Below are positions 48,315 through 64,000 of a stretch of DNA of 64,000 nt, one piece after another. The stretch comes from Eledone cirrhosa. Lineage: Eukaryota. Within the stretch, counting starts at the first letter, position 1, and every line of letters starts with the position of its first letter. A program made the translations under genes and the position numbers. The notes under the pieces were generated by a model. The model saw only the letters and a list, made by a program, of their open reading frames with translations. It had not been told where the DNA came from and did not search any database. The stretch lies in contig OZ024743.1 of NCBI GenBank assembly GCA_964016885.1, forward strand, positions 110,112,001 through 110,176,000, written 5' to 3'.

Positions 48315-48613
48315 CTGCATACACCACCCTAGACATTTTGAGCCTGAATCATTTTTTGCATTTTTAATTTCCTAATTCGATAAATTAAAGTACGACTTAT
48401 GTACTAATCTATTTCATACAATATGAATATAAATCCCAACCCACACCCTGTGATCTTATCCTTACGTTAGATATTATTATAATTGTTTTTTGTTAATATC
48501 TATATCAGTATCAACTTTGATTTCGCGGAAGAACATTAACGAACAAAATTCGTCCCGACAGCTATAGTATATTCTAATAATACAATATGAAAACAAAAGA
48601 TTTATATACATAC

Positions 48614-48739
<126 letters not shown>

Positions 48740-49423
48740 TTCAAGAGTAACCAATCTTAAAGAGAGAGATGGATATAGTAGAGGAGATATGAGAGGAGAG
48801 ATTGGTGAGTTAGTTAGAAGCCAAAGCGTAAAGGCATGTGCTCAATGTGCAATATGCAGTAGAAAGCAGCTAGGTGGCTGGATTCATGCTGAAGTTAGGT
48901 GCGCAGACCTGGAAATATTCATTAGTGAAGCAAAACAAGACCACAAATTTCACAAGGAAGACATTATTAAAAGATTGTCAACATATTTTAGTTTGATGTA
49001 AGGAATGTAAAGAATAATAATAATAATATTAATAATAATAATATCCGTTTACAATTGTCTCGCTACTCCATATAATATTTCTGGATCAGATGACTATATA
49101 TCATAATTGATCTGCTTCAGATGAAAATAATTAACATATTTAAACGACAGAGTGGCTCATCATAACTTCAAAGGAATATAAATTAAAATAATGGGATAAT
49201 GTTACATAATATAATGTTCCATATATTGGTTTTTACTATGGTGTCTTCGTTGCATCAGTTAATAATCAAGCAGTATTCATATGTCGAGGTTGCATTGTGT
49301 GAGATCTGCCTATGGGTAACAAGATGGCTGCCAACGGGCAGATTTACCTTCCTAATTAGAGTGTGGTTTCAGGGGAAGTAACTTCTCGAGAGATTAGAAA
49401 TTGTGGGTGTTTATAGTTAAGTA

Positions 49424-49477
<54 letters not shown>

Positions 49478-49565
49478 CATATATATAAAATATATCTCTC
49501 TCTCTATATATATACATATATATACATATATATATATGTATGTGTGTGTGTCTGTATATATATAC

Positions 49566-49649
<84 letters not shown>

Positions 49650-49652
<3 letters not shown>

Positions 49653-50722
49653 ATACTACTTATGGTTATGTATATACTAAAACATTTTATAGTTATATAT
49701 ATATATTATACCCTAAATAGTGAAAGACAGTAATTTACTACTATCTTATGACCAGTAAGATAAATAGCTCAATGTAACAACATCAGTTGTTTTACAGAGC
49801 AGTTATATAGAGATTACATGAAACAAAGTTCTTTTTAAATCATTTATCCGCTTACAATTGTTTCTTCCAAACCGAGGTTTGGAGTCTTCGGAGCAATTAT
49901 TCAGTGATTGTTAACATACTTGACCTCCTTTTCAACACAAGAGACATATAGAAACATATGTATATATTTAAATTAAAGTTAAAATTAAAATTAAAATTAA
50001 AATAAAACATTGGCAGTCTACTAAGATAAAGCAAAAGGAAAGTTTGGAGTAGCCAGTGTATGCAACAGTCACACGTGTGGCATGCACGCGTGTCCTATTT
50101 ATACAAGATTATAGTGCGGCAGATTGTTACAAGCAAAACAAGCAGTCAAAGCAAGCAATTAAAAGCATCATGGGGTCTGAGCTGGTTAAGCATTATTCAC
50201 ACACACCTGTACGATATAGAAGCCCGTCCGCGGAGAAACACCAAAAATATCAAAAATATTACAAATGAGAAGCAAAACAGCACCACTGTCCTCGTACACA
50301 CCACCACTCTCACAATCCAGGAAACGCAATTTATAGACTACACGTCCATCTCACAATCCACGATGATTCAACATTGGGTGCCTGGTGAACCATGCTAGAA
50401 CATCACAGCTTGTCGTTCTTTAAATCGATTCCATAGAGTAGGTTGTTTTTGTTGTGAGAGTAATTTTAATTTTAACTTTAATTTTATCCTTTAATATGAC
50501 TGTAATCTTTGTATGTAAATTACCATGCTATATCATTATAATGGATGTCAACCCACTGTGGGTAGATATATACATATGTTTCTATATGTCTCTTGTGTTG
50601 AAAAGGAGGTCAAGTATGTTAAAAATCACTGAATAATTGCTCCGAAGACCCCAACCCTCGGTTTGGAAGAAACAATTGTAAGCAGATAAATGATTTAAAC
50701 AGAACATTGTTTCATGTAATCT
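49650..50722. mobile_element. Family J element with inverted arms (~49810-49970 vs ~50565-50722) and hammerhead motifs
   Basis: GCT-CCGAAGA-C-TCCAAACC tc GGTTTGGA-A-GAAA-CAATTG-TA-AGC at ~49850-49894 (-), and with stem II changes at 50638-50684 (+). (TA)n-flanked. Confidence 0.82.
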
Positions 50723-50723
50723 A

Positions 50724-50963
<240 letters not shown>

Positions 50964-51686
50964 GGCCTATGATAAAAGGATATATACTAAGATACGCTGT
51001 ATCCAATATTTTCTGTTCCATTCCCAACAGAAGGAAAGAAATCTCTAAACGCAAATAATACAAGTACATTTTAAACTAACAAATAATAGGTAAAATATGT
51101 AAAAGTGAGAACATAACAAAATTATATAACTTTGTATTTCAGCCATGATAACATCAGAAAAATGAAGGGGAACTTTCATGAGAATATTGGTACATTACAT
51201 TAATACAGCATCACTAAAGAGACGGTGGCGGTGAAATGTAGTATAAAGAGAGTAAATAGCAAAAGAAGAATATTTGCTAAACATTAAAAAAAGCAAAATG
51301 AAAGAAAAATATATAACACCAAATTAAATTATCATTTATCAAGGTTTTAGATAATTTTACGCCAAGATAGCACTAGATCTATCTATATGTTATAACATAC
51401 ATATTCTTCGGCATTACTCGCTTTCTCACCTTCATTATTTAGAAAATAAAACACTCACCATTTAACATAGTCTTCAAAGTAACACTCTACAAATCAAATA
51501 TAAAGAAAAACACGGACAAAAACAACATCCTAATAAAAGCAACTTGACAAAACAAATCCAAACTTCCCCTAACCCACCAAAATATAAAATAAAAGAATCT
51601 AAATAATAATTTAAAGCATACGCATACACGTATCTGTACATCTGTACACAAACACACGCACACACACTGACACACACACATACACG

Positions 51687-51783
<97 letters not shown>

Positions 51784-53688
51784 TTACTTGTATGTATTCA
51801 TGCATATATATATATATATATGCATGCATCTATGAGTATATATATATGTATATATTTCAGTATATATTCATGTGTAAAAGTATGTGTTTCGCTGTGCGTG
51901 CGCGTACATGTACACACACATTGTAAAATACAAATAAGATAAATAAATTACGTGAGGAACACTACTTTTATTTTATATATGTTTTATTCGTTATTATACT
52001 TTCTTTTTTACTATTTTGATTTATATTATTTACTGTTTTATATTTCATTTATAAATATACGCATTTATTTTCTTTTTCAATTGTTATTTTTATCTCGGAA
52101 TGTTTGAGAATTACTTCAGCGTAAGGAATCGATCAGTTCGAACACGTTATGTTGTCTTATTGCGCAGAAGCGAGTAATTATATATAAACATTGAGGCAAA
52201 TCCCCTAATTATATTAGATATGTCCCGTCAGACTGTTCTAGAGGCGCCTATTTATTCAACTAAGAGCTATATAACCAAATATTTAGGCAATCCTTATACT
52301 GCAAGTTCAGCACGCTTGTGAGCCTGAGAATTGTCTGTTTACCGAGCCACATACAATGTTTAACACTATTTAAAAACAGAGAGTGACATGTATGAGTCAT
52401 ACTCTATAGATAAAATCAATAATCAGACTGTATAATCAATGTTGCTAAAGATGAGATAGAAATACTTCGCAATCCGATATATAGAAAGAACAAAAGTTAA
52501 AAAAAAAATACTTTCATCTTGTTATATGTTTTGTTACTGCTGTAATGGTAGGAACATATTGTTTTATTATTATTTTGCTTGCTGTTTCTTTTCATGTGTG
52601 CGAATGGGTGTGTCTGTGTATGTGTGTATGTATGTATGTATGCATGTGTGTGTAAGTACGTGCGTGTGCGTGTGTATAAGTGTGATGTGTTTGCTGTTGT
52701 TGCTCCTGCTATTTATTTTAGGATAAATAAACACATGTTGCAGATAAAATGAAAAGTATAAATGTGAAAACACAAACGGGATCTTTTCAACCTACTGATG
52801 GGCAAATAAGCGGTTTCGATCATCAATTGAAAGAGGTTCACGTAATGTTTAAAACCTGCTCTAATTAAGGAATCGTATGCTACCCGTAGATCCAAAGGCG
52901 ACAGTCCCACCTTACCATCGCATACATTAAAACTTCAACAGAGGTATATGTGGTTATGTGACATATTTATAATGTCTTGCATCCAAGTCATGGGCAGAAG
53001 AGCGACACTTTTACGCACCATGGATGTCAACAATAACGCCCATTTAATGGTGCTTACTCTTATGATTGTTGATCATAGAATGTTCGAGTGTATACCCGAT
53101 TGATATATATCTATAGTTTTTATAATATATTAATTTATCTTACTTTAAATTGCATCGGAATATGACTCTACATTCAATTCTATCTTCGAACAACTCCGGA
53201 TTGGACCGTGTAAACGGTTCTGCAAAAATACCTTTCAAATTTGCTTTGAAAACATGTTGTATACAATAAAAACTTGTTTTTATTTTATATATAATATAGA
53301 ATCTAGAATCGCGAAATATTTACCAATTCCCCTTCTCTAATATTTCAAATCATTTGGAGGCTTTTTGCGAAATTCATTTTTGATGCTGAAATCGAGTAAA
53401 CCAATGATGAATTCCATTGACTATTTATTAATATATAGGCATATTAATTCTAGTAACACATTAATATCTTACCATTTATTTTAGGTTTGTGGCATTGATA
53501 TATGTAGTAAGAGACAGCGAAACATTTCTACCAAATGGTTTTAAGAACCCGGTGGTATTTCAACACCCGAAAGCCAAAGTACCTATCTAAATGGTGGGAA
53601 AATATCTCATAAATAACATACATCTATATTAAAAGTTACGAATTTCTCTCATATATAAAGTCAATATATATATTCAAGCAAACTACAG

Positions 53689-53796
<108 letters not shown>

Positions 53797-54088
53797 ATGT
53801 GCGCGTCGGGGTGTGTGTGTGTTATCAATAATTGAGATGTGAAGCTTCTTTCAATTAATCATGTTAACTATAAGCCGTAGGATAAGAGAAACTAGACGAT
53901 GAAAGAGGTTCTAGAGCTGCATAATGTATCATTACATGTATAAACTTAGATTAAGAGAGAATACTGGCTTTGCAGTTATAAATCCATTGCCAATGCTCGG
54001 CTCATTAGCGTTCATTATCACCTGTGATGTTAAGATCAAAGTGTCAACTATATGAAGAATATGCGTAAACGCATACGCGCATATATGT

Positions 54089-54199
<111 letters not shown>

Positions 54200-54372
54200 A
54201 TATAATTGGTGTTGGATGCTTAAAGTGTCCGTATGCGGTGTGCCGTATGAGCACTGGATGCTCTCATAGAGAAGAGTATGATATCACAGAGGCACGATCG
54301 ATGTGATGATCGAACCTGACTCTTAAAATGGCCAAATCATCACATACGTCTTGATTCTACAAAGCAGATTTA

Positions 54373-54434
<62 letters not shown>

Positions 54435-54467
54435 CGTGTGTGTGTGTGCGCGTGTGTGTGTGTTTAA

Positions 54468-54775
54468 ATGAAGTATTTCCGTCGGAAAGGTACAGGAAAG
54501 AAGAGTGTTCTATGTAGGCTACATAGTTTATTAGTTATGTAATAAACATCATCAGATAATTATTTCATTTACCAGTGCTTTCATGAAAGCAGATGTTGTG
54601 TCTGTGATCAATCCTCAGAATGAATAAAAAATATGGTGTTTTTATTAAATAGACATTTAATAAAAGCACCATGTTTTTTTATTCATTCTGACGACTGGAG
54701 ACATACACAACATCTGCTTTCAAGAAACCACTGGTAAATGAAATAATTATATTATGTTGTTTATTACATACATAA
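54468..54775. mobile_element. Fold-back element, family H, hammerhead at 54682-54742 (+)
   Basis: Centre ttttattaaat-agac-atttaataaaa near 54652. TTCATT-CTGACGA-...-GAAA-CCACTGG-TA-AATGAA. The left arm matches 22078-22280. Confidence 0.88.
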
Positions 54776-54837
54776 ATAAATAAATAAGTATATATATATA
54801 TACATATATAACATATATATATATATATATATATATG

Positions 54838-56313
<1,476 letters not shown>

Positions 56314-56428
56314 CATACATATGTATATACATATATATACATATATATATACATATATATATATATATACACATATATATACATATATACATATATATAT
56401 ACATATATACACACATACACACACACAC

Positions 56429-56469
<41 letters not shown>

Positions 56470-56472
<3 letters not shown>

Positions 56473-57150
56473 AAACTTGGACGGGAACAAAAACAGAAAG
56501 GCAGTACAAATAAAAGTTTATTAGGCTCACGTTCTTGAGAGTGGGGGGGGGGGGGCGTTTCGGGCCTAAGCCCTTCATCAGAAGAAAAGTGGGTAGGAAG
56601 ACAGTTCCGAGGCTGTGCGGGGGAGTGGTGGAGAGACATTTAGAAAAAAAAGGGGTGAGAAAAAACGGTGGAAGGTGTACCAATAAAAATAAAAATCAAC
56701 ATAAAGATAAACAAGTGGTGGAAGGGCGTGAGGCGTGTAGGGTTGGTGGCGGTTGGAGTTGGGTGAGACAGGGGCGAGCTGGGAGGGCTGAAGGTGATGT
56801 TTGTGTATGTGTGTAGGTGTACGTGTGTATGTGAATGTGAGAGTTGGGGGAAGAACATGGTTCCATGTTCAGGAAAAGATGTGTGCGTGCGTGTTGATGG
56901 GGTGGGGTCAGAGGGGTGGGGGAGGGGGCGTGTAGATTCCGGAGGCTGAGTGTGTATATGTGGTGGCACGCACGTGTGTGTTGGTGTATATATGTGGTGT
57001 GCATGCGGGTGGCGTGGTTCGAAAAATGTGTGAGTGTATGTCCGTGGGTAAGTTCCTAAGGTAGTTCCGTGGAGTGTGCGATGAATTGCTGGATATTATT
57101 CAGGTTACGGAGTGGATAGCTGGAGCGATGACCGGTGGTGTGAAATCCAT
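56470..57150 (-). mobile_element. PLE 3' fragment (Poseidon-like, family K) with hammerhead at 56532-56586
   Basis: TTCTT-CTGATGA-A-GGGC ttag GCCC-GAAA-cg(C)n actc-TC-AAGAA. Ends in (TA)n. Confidence 0.7.
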
Positions 57151-57748
57151 ATATATATATGCATATATTCTAAGTCTTTAGGCCGCGTAAGTCTAGAGTT
57201 TCATAAGTGCATTCACAGGATTTCAATAACAGAGACAGTATAAATAGGGGAATGGTGCTGATAGCTGATTTTGAATGGGTATGTAGTGTGGCTTATAGTA
57301 GACGTGAATACAAACATAGAGAGGCTATGGGAGAAAAGTGAGGATTAAAAACATAAAAAATAAAAATATAAAGGGAGTAAAAAAATAATAGAAGGAAAGT
57401 ATGGAAATGTTATTTTCGATAGTTATGATGATAAATATTAAAATAGGTACAAGTAAAATTAGGAAAATTGTGATATTTATATTGATGGATACGATATGCA
57501 AAATAACTAGAAAATAATTTAGATGGATATATGAGAGTATATTGATGAGGGAGAAAACTATATTTAGTGCGTAATGCACTGAATTGATGAACCAGTGGAA
57601 TTGCAATGGACAATGTTGGTGAAGATTATAAGAATTGAAAATAGGATTAAGTAATATTAGCAATATGGTGAAATATTAGGGAACAGGAAAGTGGTAGTGT
57701 TATTTGTATTGGGATGGTTATGTTGCCATTATTACCAGTAATAAAAAA

Positions 57749-58145
57749 GGGGCGGTGAATTGGCAGTATCGGTAGAGAGTCGGACGCCAGGCTTTGCAGC
57801 ATAGTTACGTACCTTTACGATCTGAGTTCAAATCCCGCCGTGGTTAACTTTGCCTCTCATCCTTACGGGGTCGATAAAATATATTACCAGTAATGTAGTA
57901 GGTATTTGCTGGCCATGTGCCAAAGGTAGAAACAATTATTACCAGTAATAATAAGGGCAGTGGATTGGCAGCATCTGTAGAGGGTCTGACGCCTTGATTT
58001 TCAGCAAAAAGTTACGGCTTTTTATTGTCTGAGTTCAAATCCAAACGAGGTTAACTTTGCCTTTCATCCTTACGGGTCGATAAAATAAAGTACCAGTAAT
58101 ACGCTGGTTTATGGCTGACCTCGTGCCAAAACTAGAAATAATAAT
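57749..58145 (+). mobile_element. Two tandem full-length SINEs
   Basis: A/B boxes, core and tail occur twice (57749-57940, 57954-58145). Decayed minus fragments at 58185-58425. Confidence 0.9.
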
Positions 58146-58949
58146 TACCAGTAATGAGTTTTGATTTAGTCAGGGTCAACAAATATTTTCGGAGGGAAAA
58201 GTCGATTAAATCTAGCCCAGTGCCTCTTGGTATTTTAATTATCGACCCCGTAACAATTGCTTCTACTTTTGGTACAACGCAAGCAATTAGACCAGTGCAT
58301 AACTGATGAACTCAGAACGCAATGGGTTACAACTCTATGCCGCAAAGCATGAGTCTGAAACTCTAACGATGTTGTCAATCTAGAACGACAGACAAAGTTA
58401 ACCTCGGTGGGATTTGAACCCACAAATTATATGATTTTTGTCTCAGTTTTGTATTTTTATTATTTCGTCAAAGTTCTATCGTCAGCTCAATAAGTATTTG
58501 GTTCCTGTATGCCAAATCTTTTCTCCGGTTTTATTTCATCAACCCATGTTTTCTTATTGTAGTTGCATTCAATGTCAGCTCGTGCGTTTGCATATGCACC
58601 TGTGTGTGTGTGTGTTTTTTTGTGGTTAGCATGTGTATGTTTGTGTATATGTGTCTTTTTTGTGTAAACGTTTGTATCAATATTTCACTGTTCATTCTTT
58701 GTGTTATGTTTCCTATTCTGATTTCAATGTTTAGGATGTCAAGTAATAGTGTTTCTATCTATATATATATTGTGTAAGTGATGCGCGAGCAACGGAAGTG
58801 GATGATAAAGTTATACCTGTATCAATATAGAGTGTGTTACCGTGAATGTTCAAAGGTGCATAAATATAAACGCGTAGTCTAATATGTAGTATGCGCAGTG
58901 CAGTAAATACATGTTTCTTTGTGGTTGATTGTATGGTACCTCCATAAAA

Positions 58950-59779
58950 GGTACCTCCATAAAAAACACTTATTAGTAATACATACCCTTTTCAAAGACA
59001 TCCCTGTATATATAAGAAATGCATAATCTGTAAACTAAGATCCCATATTAACTGTAACACTAGAAATGTAGTATATAGCATAATATGTACAGAAGGACAA
59101 TGTAGAGATAAGAATATAGTGTACATAGGTGAGACAGCTCCTAGTATAGGGGAACGGTTAAATGAACACTGGCAAGGGCTTCAAGATAAAAAAAAGAATC
59201 ATCAGTATTCCACCAACATGCTAAAATAGAACATAAGGGCAAATTTGAGAACATAGAAATAAAAATATAATCTACACGCAGAAAACACGCAATGTTTAGA
59301 CAAATCACACAGGCAATAGACATAAATGAACTCCAACCAAAATTAAATAGAAAACATGAATGGAATAGCAAAAATCACAACTTACAATTAATGACAAAAT
59401 GGAAACACACACACACATAGAACAAACAACCAACCAGTAAATGTAAATAAACAAAGAAATAAACAAATAAAAACACACACAGACATCCGGATGTAACACA
59501 TGCGCAAGCTAACCACACAACACACACAAAAACAAGATGGCGTAGGACAGAATTAATGAGAGGCACAAAACAAAGAAAAGAATCCCCAGTCCCTGAAGAG
59601 GTCGTAGAATGTGTGACTAAAGAACTTTAACAATATATGAACAACCGTCCGGTTGTGGAACCAACCAACCAACCGGAAATTTATAAATTCTTAAATTTAT
59701 AAATTTAATTTATAATATATTGGAGTGAAAGCATCTGGTGCGTGTGTTTCTTATTGGCAACATTAACCTCCCAAAGTAT

Positions 59780-59785
<6 letters not shown>
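58950..59785 (+). mobile_element. PLE family A 3' fragment (GIY-YIG + pLTR)
   Basis: Colinear with 23808-24645. The hammerhead GAAA is mutated to TAAA. Confidence 0.9.
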
Positions 59786-59828
<43 letters not shown>

Positions 59829-59939
59829 TAGCCGTCGAAACGGCTTGAGCTCAGCCGTCGAGGTCCTACTCGTTCCTATATATATATATATATATAGTTC
59901 GTTTCTGACCCTCCCAAAGAATAACAATATATATATAGT

Positions 59940-61715
59940 GTTGTAATAATATTGCCAGGATTAATAACAGAACACACTCACTGTTTGGTTGGTTTTCGCT
60001 TCTGTATCTTTTATATCAGTTAATTCATTCGCTCCTCAATGTTTACCATTGACTGACCAATCGTCAAAAGTATAGATATAATATAGACACAAACACATAT
60101 ATATAGTCTAGCAAAGTTCTTTTGTTGCACATATGCAACATCGTCAGTGGTGCCATTATGTTCCTCCTGTTGTAATTAACATATTTATTGATTTATTTAT
60201 TTAATTTTGCCTTCGTTCTTGTCTTCTCTGCGCATGCCTTTGCGCGTGTGTATACAGTTTAGTGTGTATTCGCAATGGCGTGACTGCGTTTTGGTTATTG
60301 TATTCTATCTTAGTTTACTAGTGTGTGCTAAAATGTGTTTGTCGTTATTGTGCCTGCGTATATATCTATTTAATTATTTATTTATATTTATCTTAGGTCA
60401 GTACTGTTTGTTTTTGTGTTGTTGTTATTCCATTCATTTTTTTCTGTGTAGCTTTGGCATTCTACGTTCTATTTCACGTGCCTCCCTGATTTGCCTATCT
60501 GCTGGGTCATTTCTATGTTTAGATATTACTTTAATTTCTATGTTGTCTATGTTACCATCATGTTGTTGTCTTGCGTGAACCATTTTTCGTCCTTTTATTT
60601 CGCCCAAATATTGGTCTATCCTTTCACCTATGCTACGAGCTGCCTCGCCTATGTATGTTGTTGTCATGCTTCTGTAAGTATCCTCTGTACATATTATGCT
60701 ATAGACCAGGTTTCTAGTTTTACAGTTTATCCGGGGTTTACTTTATATGTAATACATTTCCTATTAGTACAGTAGATTTTCTTAAAAGGGTATGTTTTGC
60801 TGATCAGGGATTTTATGGTAGTTCTTGGCTTTTCTACCACCTTAATCTTTAAGTGGGTCTTTCTCAGGGCCTTTCTACACTGGTTAGCTAATTTCCCTCC
60901 AGGGCTAGCGTCCACGAACATAACACTCTGGTATATCTGGTTATCGTACCATGAGGTGGCTTTCCCTATCTTATGTTTAGTCCTATCTAAGCTATTCCAT
61001 CATTTGCTCTTGTATAATGGGCAAATTCCTTTCATGTCCAGTTCTATCAGGGTCTTATACTTCTCCGAGGCTCCCTCGGAGACTCTGTCTTTCTGGTTGT
61101 AGCCAGAGTACTGCATTCTGTTGATGAAGTTTTGGGTGTGTCTTTCCATCTCTGTTGCGTCGCACATTCGTGACACGTTCTTCATCACTCGTACCAAATC
61201 TGCGATCAGAATATTAAAATTAGCACATACTGGACATTGCTTAGTTTTTGATTATCAGGTATTTGGAGGCCATGGGTAGTGTGAGTGGAGAATTTGGGCC
61301 CTCTCGTTTATAGTGTTAATCCAGAGTTCCGTGTCTAATACAGGTGGTATAATTTTAGGGTTTTTGGAAGGGTAGTCGATAGGTACAGTTATACTCTGGT
61401 GTATGGAATTAGCTATCTGCTGGTTGCCTTTCATTGTGCTACAACGTAAATCACAAAGTGCCACATATGCAAATTCAAAGAGAAGATCTACACCCAAAAT
61501 GAGGTAGCAGCCATTGGCATCAGCATAGCTCGTGACGTTGCCAACCTTTTAATGGTATGCACGGAAAGGAGACTCAAATATTTCCTTGATGAGGTCTCCA
61601 TAGACCCCATCATGGACCCTCGTTACGTATACGACATTAATATAGTATTAAGGACACCACCAAAAGAGAGTCATAACAAATATGACTTAGAATCCAGCAC
61701 AATGGAAAGCATGAT
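59940..61715 (-). mobile_element. PLE family B with an inverted 5' segment (61435-61715 on +)
   Basis: Minus strand: QQIANSIHQSI, PVLDTEL, YIGEAARSIGER, and pLTR with CTGACGA-TGTTGCA tatg TGCAACA. Plus strand: IGISIARDVANL..RYVYDINI. Confidence 0.88.
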
Positions 61716-61810
61716 GATACACACGTGCGTGTGTGTGTTTTTGTGTAGTGTGGACGTATGGTTATGTGGTGCGAAAATAGTGTAAGTGTTTGTGTGTGTG
61801 TATGTGTATG

Positions 61811-61845
<35 letters not shown>

Positions 61846-62335
61846 ATTCACATATAGATAACAACGAATAGTTTACATATGTGAATATTTCATCCCTTAC
61901 ATGAATATACATTGTAAGTTCATGAAATTATGCATTTAGATATGTATAATACTTTGTCATACACTGAAGCGGGAAAATAGTATTTCATCTCAAATATCAA
62001 TGTTTCTATATTTGAAATATTTTCTACTTAAATGTCTGCTTCATATTTTCGTTTATATTTTATTGCTTAACATTATGTGAAAAAAGAAGACGTATGCATG
62101 CATATATAGCTACAAACACACTCCCCCACCCTATCTCTCTCTCTCTCTATCTCTCTCTCTCACACTCTCTCTATTTTTCACACAAACACACGCTTGCACA
62201 CAAAAACAGAGCCACGAAGAGTATAACGTATTCGAAATGTGTATTATTTAAAAAAGGTAAATGAAAATTGAAGATTCATACCCATGTACAATTACAAATG
62301 AAAAAATGTAAAACGTAAATATAAATGCGTGTAGA

Positions 62336-62449
<114 letters not shown>

Positions 62450-62525
62450 CATACATATATATATATATATGTGTGTGTGTGTAATGGTCTGTGTATATAT
62501 GTATGTATGTATCTTTGTACGTATT

Positions 62526-62566
<41 letters not shown>

Positions 62567-62586
62567 TTATATATATGTATATATAA

Positions 62587-62619
<33 letters not shown>

Positions 62620-63921
62620 CATAAATACGTACCAAGATACATACATATATACACAGACCATCACACACACATATATATATATATGTATATATTTATATAT
62701 ACACATATTTGCCATTATTTTCGACAAAACTGAAGAAGTAGTTGAAAAAAGTGAAAGGAAGACTTAAAAACAACATTATATTTCCATAAATCTGTAAATA
62801 TATTTAACAATACCATCGACATATTTATATTTGAAGTTAAATGGCACCTTGTTGCGAATTCAATACTCTAAATGGATGCACTGCCCTTTGTAGGTTTCAT
62901 TTTACCCTGAAAGAATATATTAAGTTTGTATATATTTATAGCTTTTTCCTACAATATTTACTTTGAATGCTTTTTTTTCACTTTTAATTTCAGAATACAT
63001 TAACTAATGGAACCACGGATTTTCTTTGTAACTATTGTAAAAAAAAATGTTGTTGAGAAATTAAATTTCTTTGAGAGCCTTAAAAAAAGCACTTTCGTTG
63101 TAATCTTTATAGTTTATTGATCCTGAATATTTTGATTTCTGAATAAAATAGGAAATATTGTGAAGAATTACAGAAAATTGAATTTATAAAGCTCTTTGAT
63201 TACAGAATATTGGATACGGATGTAGAAAGAATAGGAATATCAGGAGAGTATAGTAGAAAACAAACAGATTTAGAGAGTTTGTAATACAGTGAAGAAGTCT
63301 TTTTTAATAAACCCATAAAATGAAGAAATATAGATTGAGAATTTAAGAGTAACAGGGAGAAAATAGGGAGGGAGAGTGAAACAGATTATGAATGGAAACA
63401 ATGAAGAACAAAAGTTGATGACAAAGTCAAAAATCAAAAGTGTCAGAGGAGAAAGACACCAAAAATATGAAATAACACGACGAAAATATAATAAAATAAA
63501 ATAAAATATATTTTTCATTTAATATATAGAGAAATAATTAGTTTTAAAAAATGACAGGCACGTTTATAGAGTAATTCTTCTTGTCGTGACCACAAGGGTG
63601 TCAGTTACACGTTTGGCTAGATGTGGTTCCGCCACTGCTGAAAACATTGCTGTTCTTTCTCATTAAACTTTGCCATGACCAATGCTGTGTAGGGGTGTTC
63701 GAGGATGGGGCATATCAGGAGGTGTTGCTTAGTCCGTGGTTCGATACCGCAGTCACACAAACAGTCCTTTAAATATCACCATTTAAATTATGATGCTATG
63801 ATGCTAGGTGTTTCCATTATTTTGTCCAACCGCTGTATATATATGGGTGTGTGTGTGTATGTGTGTATGTATGTGTTTGTAAGTGTGTGTAGGCGTGTAT
63901 ATATATATATATATATATATA

Positions 63922-64000
63922 TTGTTATACTTTGGGAAGGTCATGTTGCTAATAAGAAACACACGCACCAGTTGCTTTCACTTCAATTTATTATAATAAA
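63922..64000 (-). mobile_element. Terminus of another PLE family A copy, running off the window
   Basis: Reverse complement of the family A end (gaaagcaactggtgcgtgtgtttcttattagcaacatgacc..aagtataacaa) abutting (TA)n. Confidence 0.85.

Overview
AT-rich, microsatellite-saturated eukaryotic DNA. The repeat content suggests a cephalopod, probably Octopus, but this is inference. No host gene is recognisable, and most ORF-track entries are translations of (TA)n/(CA)n tracts. Retroelements dominate the window: many truncated Penelope-like elements (PLEs; RT + GIY-YIG) sitting in (TA)n, a nested ~15 kb LINE block (Tx1/L1-like element interrupted by an RNase H-bearing LINE, and three Dong/R4-like copies, one nearly intact) in (TAA)n, tRNA-derived SINEs and a Helentron-like element. 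Main signal: about ten sequence-distinct short families inserted in (TA)n each carry a type I hammerhead ribozyme motif, several with atypical cores. Many are fold-back palindromes whose inversion point recurs at a fixed hairpin at or just 5' of the ribozyme. Coordinates were read by eye, so element ends are approximate.
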